A stretch of DNA of 64,000 nucleotides, taken from assembly GCA_951406725.2 (NCBI GenBank), contig OX597821.1, forward strand, positions 29,822,001 to 29,886,000, given 5' to 3'. A program made the translations under genes and the position numbers. Shown piece after piece: positions 42,043 to 54,213 of this stretch. Position 1 is the first letter of the stretch. Every line of letters starts with the position of its first letter. The DNA comes from Octopus vulgaris (lineage: Eukaryota). The notes below the pieces were generated by a model. That model was not told the origin of the DNA. It worked only from the letters and a program-made list of their open reading frames with translations, and made no database searches.

Positions 42043-42578
42043 GCATCACTTCTGACACGTGGGAAGTCATAGCTATTGATCGTAGCAGTTGGAGAAGGAT
42101 TGTGCACAAGGGGACAGCCACTTTTGAGAAATCTCGAGTTGCACATGAGAAAGTAAGGAGGGATGTCAGGAAGGGCATCGCTGTTACACTTCCAGATGGG
42201 AAGGGTCTTCCTATGATGCTGACATTCAGTGTCTGTGCAAGACCCTGCCTCAGTAAAGCTGGACACAAGAGTCATCTTCGTAGTCATAAAGCGAGACAGA
42301 TGAGTGACAACCTGACCACTGGTGGTGGTGTAACACGCCATACTAATCATATCTGTCGGGCATGTGGAAGAGAGTGTAATTCGGCAGGAGGACTTAAACG
42401 ACATGCAAATGTACAGTTACGACTACAGCCGGCTATTACCGGTAAAGGTTTTAGTTGCCAATTCTGTACAAGACATTGTAGATCTTTAGCTGGGCTAAAA
42501 AGTCACATTCGATCACAGCACCAGTAACAGCTAAGCTTCGTGCAATGACCATACCCGATAACGAGGGGGCAACCATCA
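42043..42578 (+). mobile_element. RTE LINE 3' end with C2H2-like fingers
   Basis: TWEVIAIDRSSWRRIVHKGTATFE (typical RTE C-terminus) runs in frame into the zinc-finger-like tail. Confidence 0.85.
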
Positions 42579-42721
42579 TATATATATATATATATATATA
42601 ATGTATATAATGTATATAACATGATATATATATATATATATATACGTATGTATAGCAAAATAGCTAGTTGTAAAATCTCAAGAAGAGATCAGAATACTAA
42701 TTATACTAAAATACTAAAAAG

Positions 42722-43181
42722 TAAAGTCAGTCACCAAATCCAAGTGGCGGTTCCATTGCCTAAATTTCAAGCTATCCTCAATTGCGAGCCCCTGTACGCC
42801 ACAGTGCTAGCCAGCTTCCCCTCCAGCCAACAATATACTGTAAACAATCTGACCATCGGCCACTGAGTTGCAACAAGCAAAATAGCTAGTTGTCAAATCT
42901 GAAGCGAAGTTCAGCGGGTATATTGCTGGCCGGAGCGAACTCTGGTTATTGCTCTGACGGACGGGCATTCGCGACTGAGGATAAGCCACATAGCTCGAGA
43001 TTGAGTCATCCTCTCGATCCTGTTACGTCCTAGAGTGTAGTAAGTGTTCGGTCACCACTGTTAACAACATATTTTATATAAAGGGTGCAGAGTCGCACCG
43101 ATAACCAGCCGGCAGAGAATCTGCCTGAGGTTAAGCTAGTTGTAACATGGAACAGCCACTTAGATGTGGTGACTGACTTTA
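42722..43181. mobile_element. Unclassified element with ~55-bp imperfect terminal inverted repeats
   Basis: taaagtcagtcaccaaatccaagtggcggttccat / atggaacagccacttagatgtggtgactgacttta; direct repeat agcaaaatagctagttgt at ~42654 and ~42876. Confidence 0.65.
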
Positions 43182-43459
43182 TTTTATATATATATATATA
43201 TAAATTTAAAATAAGGGTGAGAAATTAGATATTAATTTAATTAACATCGATTTCACACCAGTGGTCTAGTATAGAAAAACTGAAGGTTCAGTAAAACTAT
43301 ATTATATATATATTAGAGGGAAACCACCATGTGGACACCCATATGCTAGAAATAGATCCGCCACGGTCTCACCCCCAATGTTCTCAAGAAAAATTTAGCA
43401 AAAACAACCAAAATGTAATCGCGCAAGACAAAAGAAAAAGCAATAAAAATATGGATTAT

Positions 43460-43540
43460 TCGTATACATGTTTCACTATCAACAAATTACGCAATCTTAC
43501 TTACGTAACTTACGTAATTGTCCGTAGATCATCGGTACGA
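43460..43540 (-). ncRNA. Hammerhead-like motif with extended stem II
   Basis: UCGUA-CCGAUGA-[long stem II]-GAAAC-AU-GUA-UACGA; perfect 5-bp stem I; U4->C variant core. Confidence 0.6.
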
Positions 43541-45404
43541 CCGTCCAAGGTGAATACAATTTGCAGGACTGCATACTAGGACGTTCACACAAAGTCAGAC
43601 TTGTAAAACAGTCCTACCCATTACACTCGTGGCTACTATTTCAAATGGCCTCGTTTTGGCGCGCTAAAATACCGGAAAAACTGATGCTGCAGATAATACT
43701 TTACTACAGTACTTTAATGGATCGAAAATCTCCTAGTTATATGAGCCTGTTATTAGACTAGTACTAGCAAAATAACAGCCTCGGTATTCTTTTCTGTTGA
43801 GTGTAATGGGTAGGCAAAAAGAAAGACATAACAAATCCACACGACTCAGATTTGTGTGTGTGTATGTGTGTGTGTGTGCACGTGCGTTTGTGTATAATTG
43901 TTTATTTCTCTATATATCGACATAATTCCATAAATACAAACATTCATACATTCTATTATGTGTGCATACATACATAGGTACGAAAATCACACGCACAGCG
44001 ATTCTCATTAGCGTTAATTTACCATTACGGATATAGTTTTAATTGCTAATATATTAAATACATTCCATTATGCGGCTCGTTATTGGATCTCTCAAACATC
44101 ACTTAATTATAATATGGATAGCAACTGAAAATGAATGAACGATCGTGTTAAAACAAATACATCACGTGCTATTAAATTGTTGGCCGAGAGATTAAAGAGA
44201 ATTATAAATTCGCAAATATATCTGAATAACTGAACAAGATGTTATAAAAAAAAAGAAATATATATCAAGTACAGATTGAACATTACTATATATATCTAGG
44301 TCACAAATTTTGGCACAAGATCAGCAAGTACTCAAGTGGTTCTTATTTCTTCGACCCCAAAAGGATGAAAGGCAGAGTCGACGTCGGCGGAATTTGATCT
44401 CAGAACGAAAAGACGGACAAAATGCCGGTAAGCATTTTGTCCGACGTTCTAACGATTTTCCCAGCCCGTTGACTTAATCTACCTGAACATATTACTTTTA
44501 AATTTTGGCACAAGGCCAGCAAGTTCTAGGGAGGTGTTGAGACGATTACATCAACCCCAGTGCTCAAATGCTACTTATTTTATCGATCCCGAAGAATAAA
44601 GGGCGAAGTCAACCTCAATGTGACTTAAACTCACAACGTAAAGATGGACGAATAGCCGCTAAGTATTTTGCCCGGTGAGCTAACGATTGTACCAGCTTGG
44701 AGCCTCGAACGATCGTGTATATTGTGAAAGTGCATGGCCAAGTGGTTTCGCTGACCGGACAGGGTTTTACGATGTGTTCTTGAGTAAAACACATCATTTT
44801 ACGTTGCTTCAATCCACTCGATTAACTGGTGTCCAGACCAACAATTGGTTTCGAGGAAATATTTTGATCTCGATCAGAAGAAATGATGTGATCTGGGTCG
44901 CTTACACGATATGGAAACCTGGTAACTAGCCCTACGATTCCTAGGACTCAAGACAGTACACAGTACTTAATTGCCGTTTAACAGACAACATTTTTTTAAT
45001 TCTCCACAGAAGTCAAAAGAAAGATATGCTTAAAAGCAATTCTCTCCCCTTGAGCAGCATCTTTCTTTCGTTCTCTGTATCTCCCAAACTATATGCAGCT
45101 ACCATTAAACCACCACGTGAACGAAAAACATACATGTAATCTAAATAGCTGAGATGATAAAAGCACCCAAATGTCAGATGCTGATGTTAAACTGGGCACC
45201 GGATTACGTCTGCCACTCAACAGAAAAGAATACCGACGCTGTTATTTTGCTAGTACTAGTCTAATAACAGGCTCATGTAACTAGGAGATTTTCGATCCAT
45301 TAAAGGACTCCTAGGTAGAGATTCATTGTTAGATGTAACAGCCAAATTTCTCTCAATTCATACTTTAAAACCGAAGGATGCGTTGATAATGTAATGATTT
45401 ATTT

Positions 45405-45803
45405 ACTCTCTTTACTCTTACTCTTTTACTTGTTTCAGCCACTTGACTGCGGCCATGCTGGAGCACCGCCTTTAGTCGAGCAACTCGACCCCGGGACTTA
45501 TTCTTTTTGTAAGCCCAGAACCGCTAAGTGACGGGGACGTAAACACACCAGCATCGGTTGTCAAGCAATGCTAGGGGAACAAACACAGACACACAAACAC
45601 ACACACATACATACATATATATATATATATACATATATACGACAGGCTTCTTTCAGTTTCCGTCTACCAAATCCACTCACAAGGCATTGGTCGGCCCGGG
45701 GCTATAGCAGAAGACACTTGCCCAAGATGCCACGCAGTGGGATTGAACCCGGAACCATGTGGTTGGTTAGCAAGCTACTTACCACACAGCCACTCCTTCG
45801 CCT
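45405..45803 (-). mobile_element. SINE family A, full length
   Basis: Complete match with a small internal deletion. Confidence 0.92.
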
Positions 45804-46574
45804 AATTATTGTTAATTGCTTTTTATTATCATTAGAGTAACAATGAAGAAGACCTCTAATCATAGAAATTCCAAATGTGACCACCTTAACTCACCTAATC
45901 TGCTTGTTATATGTGACGAGGAAGATGATACGGATTTTTTTAAAGGCTAAAGAGGAGTTTGTCAATCGATTCTAGTTTCACACAACTGCAATCATTCTAA
46001 TTTCGGTTCAAGGACACCCATTTTGAAAGGCCACCAATCAATATGATCGACTCCAGTGCTTGGACTGTCCTTTGTTGTTTCGATGTTAGAGGGATGAAAG
46101 GTAAAGGTGATCTCAGCTGGTATCAATTTCAGGACCTAAAGAGACAGAAAATATCACTTTTTCCGAAACTGTAACGGTTCTACAGTTTCTACAGTTAACC
46201 CACCGTCATTTATCGTATGAACTTGTACGTATAATTGAAGACACGTTGGACAGTGTGATCCCCGATAAATACAAGAAGAAGGAGAAAAAGAAGAAGAAGA
46301 AAGCGAGGAGGAGAAGATGAACAACAACGACGACGACAACAACAACAACGAATCACAAAAAAGATCCCCTCAAATCGAAATGGGTATGGCTGGAACACCT
46401 TTGATGAAACGCTTTTGAGTTAAAACACACTAAAATCACATCAGCTTACCACCTTGAATAAAGGTGGGTGCATTCACGAATAGTGTTTTTGATATATATA
46501 CAATGAGACAGGAAGGCTACGGATGGAACGAGTTTCAACATACGATTGTTCGATGAAGAAGGTCTGGAGTTAAA

Positions 46575-46911
46575 CAGCAACATCATCGTCGTCGTGATCT
46601 TCTTCATCATCATCTGCATCATCATTATCATCATCATCATCATCATCATCACCATCATCATCAACAACTCTGCTGTTATTGTCATCGTCGTTATTGTCGT
46701 CGCCGTTGTCTTCGTCATCGTTGTCGACGTTGTTGTTGTCATCGTTCTTGTTGCTGTCATCATCATTCAACTACCACCACCTCCACCACCACCACCACCA
46801 CCACGACCACCTCCACCACCACCACCACCACCACCACCACCACCACCACCACCACCACCACCACCACCACCACCACCTTCACCACCACCACCACCACCAC
46901 TACTACTAAAA

Positions 46912-46984
<73 letters not shown>

Positions 46985-47016
46985 CACCACCACCACCATC
47001 ACTACCACCACTATTA
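46575..47016. repeat. Compound trinucleotide tract (CAT/CGT)n-(CCA)n-(CTA/CTG)n
   Basis: Directly visible. Confidence 0.95.
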
Positions 47017-47224
47017 CTGTAGATGACAACATCTGTTGTACTTATGATCAGAACGAAAATACATGTCGTCTGAAGACGCGCGCACACGCGCACACACATA
47101 CAAATACACAAATACACAAATACTTGTATACATACATAAATACATACATATAGATAAATACGAATATATAGATATATATATATATGTATGTATGTATATA
47201 TATATATACATATATATATGTATA

Positions 47225-47298
<74 letters not shown>

Positions 47299-47859
47299 AA
47301 TATACATATATATATAAATATGTCTATACATATAATAATACATGTATATATGTGCGTGTGTGTGTGTGTGTCTGTGTGTGTGTGCGTGGGTGCACGCGCG
47401 CGAGTTGTGTGTGTGTGTGTGTGTATTGCAGCAAAAGTGCAAGTTTACGCGTTCCTAATTGAACATCAACCGGGAGACCTTTCGATGGATCAATCACGCG
47501 AATTGATTGATTTAAAGGTTTTACATTAGATGTTCCATTAGGAGCACGTGGATATGCACTTATATCACGTAAGTCTTCTCACCAATGCAATTCTCATCTT
47601 ATTGTAAGATAAACCTATGCGTTAAGTAATTCTCTCCCTCTCTCTCTCTCTGTCACTGTCTCTTTTTTTTTTTTTTCCTGACTCAAATTATCATCGGTTC
47701 TAAGGGGGCGCTCTTCTCTTTTTTTCACCCCCTCTTTTAAATCTCACTTAGCAAATAGATCCCTTCTTTATTAGATTGTTTGTAAAGGAATTGCGTTTGC
47801 GTACATTTGGGCATGTGTGTGTGTGTGATTGCATGTGCGTTGTGTGTGTCTGTGTGTGC

Positions 47860-47907
<48 letters not shown>

Positions 47908-48061
47908 CTGTGTACATGTGGATCTGTTGTATTGATTTCGCCACTAGCGTCGACAATGGCGTGTCAGCATGTTCTTCAAATTTGATGGTTTTTATCTAGT
48001 CCAGAATCTCTTGGTCGAGCAAGTTGTTGTTGAATTATCTACTATGCTATTCTCTTCTGAT

Positions 48062-48092
<31 letters not shown>

Positions 48093-48344
48093 TAGCTTTA
48101 CATCTGACCTGACCATGCTGGGTTATTATTCTTCTACATGTTTCAGTCATTAAACTGCGGCCATGCTGGGACACCGGCTTGAAGAATTTTAATCGGATAA
48201 ACGACCCCAGTACATTTAAAAAAAACCTGAAGCTTATTTCTTACTTGAAAACTAACATATACCATTGTTTAGAGGACTAGTATCTATCAAATGCGGGGAT
48301 CAATATAACCTAACGTATGTTTTTGTATATTGCATATAACGTAC

Positions 48345-48395
<51 letters not shown>

Positions 48396-48449
48396 GCATA
48401 TATATATATATGTATACATATATGTATATATATATATATATATATATTA

Positions 48450-48585
48450 TGGCTGTCCCCTCGTTATCGAGTATGGCCATTACACGAAGCTTAGCTGTTA
48501 CTGGTGCTGTGATCGAATGTGACTTTTTAGCCCAGCTAAAGATCTACAATATCTTGTACAGAATTGGCAACTAAAACATTTACCA
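48450..48585 (-). mobile_element. RTE LINE extreme 3' end
   Basis: Reverse complement of ~42440-42575. Confidence 0.85.
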
Positions 48586-48586
48586 G

Positions 48587-49231
48587 ACGCAGATTATACC
48601 TGGCGACAGAGAGGATGCCGGTAAAAATTTCGAAAACATTTATCAGAGAATATTTAATAATAGGGTAATAAGAAATTATTATTACCAGTGGCCTAGCACA
48701 AAAACGAATTAGTCATTAGACTATAATATTTACATACTATCCAATGAAATAAAATAACAAACACCTTTAATTAGTTTAAATGAAAATCTCGATGGGCCAC
48801 ACCAAATTCACGAGCCCTAAAAGAACACTGCATTCTTGAACAATCCAAAAATCCTAGGAAGGTTATGCTAAAAAGTTTCCCAACAATAACATAGCATACA
48901 GATTATGATAACCGCCTCTATAAATAATAAGTCCTTAAGTGGAATTATAGCTACGTTCACTAAATGCACGGTCGCAAACAGAAAGTGCAATTAAAGATCC
49001 TTAATTTTGACTTTAAAAAAAGGGTATTTCCAAGAAAGCCATGAATAGCACACATTATGATAATATCAAAATAAACTTGATCAGAAATAGCATAAACCCT
49101 ATTTAGATTAAACAGATAAATTCATTTTGTGTCTGCGTGTGTGTATATGTGTGTCTCGGTATTTGTGTATAATTGAGAAGATTATGTAGGCATATATAGG
49201 GGGCGTCGGATAATGTATGTCAAATTTTTAT

Positions 49232-49276
<45 letters not shown>

Positions 49277-49664
49277 GCTATCAATCTATATGTCTATCTA
49301 TCTGTCTGTCTATCCATCTCATTGCCAAACATTTCTCTGAGTAGAATTCGATTTATCTTTTGTGTACATTTTCAGCATTTTTATGTATGCCAATTCAGAT
49401 GCATATATATATATATATATATGGAGAGAGAGAGGGGGAGGGAGAGAGAGGCAGGAAACGCAGACGGACGTAGAGTGAGAGGAGGAAATGTAGGATAAGT
49501 TGAGGAGAGTGATAGAAAGAATAAAGGAGACTAAGACAATGGGTGATCACTTGATCGAATTATTGATAAATAGTAACAGACACCTATATACATATGCCCA
49601 TAAATGTATGTATATCTATGTATGTATTTATGTATGTATGCATGCATGTATGTATGCATACATA

Positions 49665-49747
<83 letters not shown>

Positions 49748-50185
49748 ATATAGTTAGAATTTACAAAAAAAATCCCAAAAGACGAATACAGGTGCGTAAA
49801 CAAGTGTTTGAGTTTAACGCTCGGGAGGTGAGAAAGTCTTTTACGTTTCGAACCTACGCTTTTCAACAGAAAGGAACACGAGAAAATAAACAGGGAGAGA
49901 ATAAAGAAAGTAAGTTTTAGTAGCTAGCGATCAATCATGGCGATTGCGGGACAGAGGTGGTCAGACAGGAGAGTTAGGAAGAAGGGGAAATAATAAAGTA
50001 GTGGTGATCCCAAAACGAAGGTGCGCGTGCGTGCGTGTGTATGTGAGAGCGTGAGTGTGCGAATGGACAGGGGCTGGTAACCTTGACGTGTATGTGTGCA
50101 CGTGTGTGTGTATGCATGTATGTATGTACGTGTAGACACAAAACCCCCACGCACAAAGAATATACATAAATGTCAAGGAAAAAAA
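48587..50185 (-). repeat. Right arm of the ~1.6-kb inverted duplication
   Basis: Reverse complement of 39820-41462 with scattered substitutions and microsatellite length changes. Confidence 0.95.
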
Positions 50186-50515
50186 GGAAAATAAAAAGTG
50201 AGGCACCATGAAGGCGAAAATAAGGTAAGGGGGCGCATGAATAAGCGTCTCTCTGTCTCTCTCTTCCTATTTTTCTCACTTACACCCCCCTCTCTCTCTG
50301 TCTATCTACTTATTCATCTATCTATTGACTGATCTATTGATATAGATATATACATGGACAGATATGAATAATACATAAATACTAACGTTCTCTCGCACAC
50401 GTAGACACGCATATAAATGGACAAAAATACGTACATATATACATATGTATATATGTTCGTGTGTGTATGTATGTAAGTATGTATGTACACACACATATAC
50501 ACGTTTGTTTGTATG

Positions 50516-50561
<46 letters not shown>

Positions 50562-50579
50562 CACACACACACACAAACA

Positions 50580-50624
<45 letters not shown>

Positions 50625-51184
50625 CAGATATGGAAAAATTTATGAGTGAGAGAAAATTAAAGGAGATAGATAGATAGATAGATTGATAGAGATAGAGAAA
50701 GAGATAGATAGATAGATAGAGAGAGAGGGAGGGAGAGAGAGAGAACGTTTGCGTATGTGTGAGTTAGGGAGAGAACTGTGTAAACTGAAACATTCACACA
50801 AACAACGAAAATAGAAAAAAACAAAACAAACGAAAAATCTGAACAAGATAGAGAACGGTGAGAATGGTTAAGAATGGTGTAGAATAAGTGACGGGACGGG
50901 GATGTAACAAGTGGGGGTAGATGCGGTGTTGTTAACTGTTTAGATTATTCTAGAAATACTAGAATGTTTAACCAGACTCACAATCAATAATTAACTATTA
51001 GCTATTCATGGATACAAACCTATATTCAAATGTGGTGCCAACACAGAAATGGAACTATAGATTTTGGAACTCATTTCTTCGACATTATTATTGGATTTGA
51101 CTTTCCTGTTGGTTTGTTTTCTTATATCTAATTCATACCCTGCTTTTGTCTACGGATATACATACATACATGCATACATACATA

Positions 51185-51271
<87 letters not shown>

Positions 51272-51581
51272 GCATGTATGTATGTATATATATAGTCACA
51301 AACAGCAACATGAATGTTTGTTCACATACACTTACAAATACATTAATAGCTTTGAACACTTGGATTTAATATATTTACACACACATATATATGTAGAGAA
51401 GCAACTACACACACACACACACACACATATATGCATACACACATATGTATGAATGCTTCACACACAAACATACATACATACATACATACAACGATATATG
51501 TTTATAAGGCATACTTGTACCTATATACCTATATATCTACCTACCTATCTACACACACAAACACGCGCACACACACCTAAG

Positions 51582-51613
<32 letters not shown>

Positions 51614-52392
51614 CACACACATAAAAGTACATGTGTCTATACATATGCGTTTGATTATATATAACTATACATTCAATCACACACGCTTACACTGGCACAT
51701 ATATACGCGCACATAGGGCCAACATATTCAGATGTGTACAGTTATTGACGTATGTTTTAAATAGAATATTTTCCTATTTGTTGACAGTTGTTTAATTCTG
51801 CATGTATTTAAGATGGTGGCAAATATCTGACGAATTTAATGGGTTTTTTTTTTCAGAAGTACAATTATCGTATGATCCGTTACATACTTTCTTCTTTTTA
51901 TTAATTTATTTTTTCACTATTATTGACATCTTTTCCACACAAATGAAAAGCAAAATTGATTTCAGCGGGACTTGAAATCAGAAAAATAGAGAGACGGAGA
52001 AACTATTAACTCTTCATGTTCACTGTTTTGCAGTTATGGAAACTTTACAAGTGATGGAAAAAAAAAAGAGATAGATGTATCATGATATGTCAGATGCACC
52101 ATTAGCAATTTTTACTGCTTTATCAAACAATTTAGGAAATAAATACGTTTAATTTTATTAAAACAAGCCATAGTTTTGCAAGACACCAGACAACATTGTA
52201 AGAGAGAAACCAAACATTATGCATTTATATTGGGTCAGTTTGCGTCCCTGTGGTGGTGTTTGCGTTCTTGGTTTCTTATAATATGCCACTGATTAATAAC
52301 GATCTCGGAACGTACCTTTCTCTAAGCCCGGACAACATCCTCGTGTTATGCTGACACCTATACGCAGTTACTTGTCACTATATGTATATATC

Positions 52393-52697
52393 GTGGAGGC
52401 GCAATGGCTTAGTGGTTAGGGCAGCGGACTCGCGGTCGCAGGATCGCGGTTTCGATTCCCAGACCGGGCGTTGTGAGTGTTTATTGAGCGAAAACACCTA
52501 AAAGCTCCACGAGGCTCCGGCAGGGGTTGGTGATCCCTGCTGTACTCTTTCACCACTCTTTCTCCCACTCTTTCTTCTGTTGGCCTGCTCGCTTAGCCAG
52601 CGGGGTGGCGTCATTCGAAGGCTAAAACAATGCGAACGCACTGTGACCAGCGATGTGTAACAACATCTGATGGTCTGGTCGGTCACGTGATCACGTG
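52393..52697 (+). mobile_element. SINE family B, alternative 3' tail, 13-bp TSD
   Basis: TSD atatgtatatatc at 52380-52392 and 52698-52710. Confidence 0.93.
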
Positions 52698-53157
52698 ATA
52701 TGTATATATCAGATGCATGCGGTCCATGGACAGCAAGGGAAGCCATGCTTCCCTAAAATATTATAGAAAATTGAACCTATATTACTAATTTTTATAAAAT
52801 CGTTCTTCTAATGTTCTGTAAAATTAATATAAACTACGACATCATAGACTTCAGACTTTTTATAGTTGGAATTGACATGAGTCGACAAGCAATGGCAGAG
52901 GAAGCAAAAATTCTATGCAAGGGAAGCAACACGAGTTGTTGCATCCCTTGCGATGTAATATTTTAACATTTTTTTTTGTCGATTATATCAAGCCCAGTGA
53001 CTTTGCTTTCAGGTAAAGTCGACTTCGGCCGAATTTGAACTCAGATCGTGAAGATGGATGAAATGCCAAGAAGCGTTTTGTTCATCGTACTAACGATTCT
53101 GCCAGCTCGTAGCAGAATACAGCAGCAATAATAAAAACATCAGCAGCAGCAGAAGAA

Positions 53158-53712
53158 TGGAGGCGCAATGGCCCAGTGGTTAGGGCAGCGCACTCGCGGT
53201 TGTAAGAACGTGGTTTCGATTCCCAAACCGGGCATTGTGAGTGTTTATTGGGCAAAAACACCTAAGCTTCACCAGACTCCGGCGTGGGGTGGTGCTGAAC
53301 CCTGCTGTACTCTTTCACCACATCTTTCTCTCACTCTTTCTTCCTACTTCTGCCACAAAGCAAAGGAACCATGGTATAATCCACTATGGTGTGGTAAACT
53401 TTCAGACCCTAGTCTAAATTGTGAATCTTCTGTAGCCCAGGATGGTTCAGCTCTCCACCCGTTAAAAACTACCGTTTACGGAATGAGCATAACAACGTAG
53501 CTTTCGCGCCCGTGCAACCGCCAGTCGATCGCGTGTGGTGGGTGGATCTTCAAGTTGCCACACGCATTCTTAGTAGCTTAGAGTAGGCTCGAATTAGAGA
53601 TTATTCATTGTGGTTGATGGCGTGAGTCCTCATTAGAAGAAGAAGAAGAAGAAGAAGAAGAAGAAGAAGAAGAAGAAGAAGAAGAAGAAGAAGAAGAAGA
53701 AGAAGAAGAAGA
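53158..53712 (+). mobile_element. SINE family B, third 3' tail, ending in (GAA)n
   Basis: Same head and core to ..ctctcactctttcttcct, then an unrelated body. Confidence 0.85.
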
Positions 53713-54016
53713 CATCAGCAAAAGCAACAACAACAGCAAATTCTTCAATTCATCGTATAACTAATCAGTGAGCTGCGGTTATCCTTGCAATTAAATTACA
53801 AATTTCTCCCTAGGGCTGTTGAAATTATAATTAAAAGAATAAACCCAAGCAAAGGAGACACCTGCCAATATAAAGTAATTCGAAGTTTTGGAAAATAAAA
53901 ACAACGCATCTTTTGTGTGAATTTGAAATCTGAGGCGAATGGGTAAAAGCCACGAACACGATAGATATCCTTAGCGAAGCTTAATCGCTTCAGTTGTAAA
54001 GTGTTATAGATAATAC

Positions 54017-54098
<82 letters not shown>

Positions 54099-54112
54099 TT
54101 ATCTATCTATTC

Positions 54113-54213
<101 letters not shown>

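Noticed and set aside
42102-42527. Host C2H2 zinc-finger gene
   Set aside because: In frame with an RTE C-terminus, present three times with the same 3' end, and 5'-truncated.
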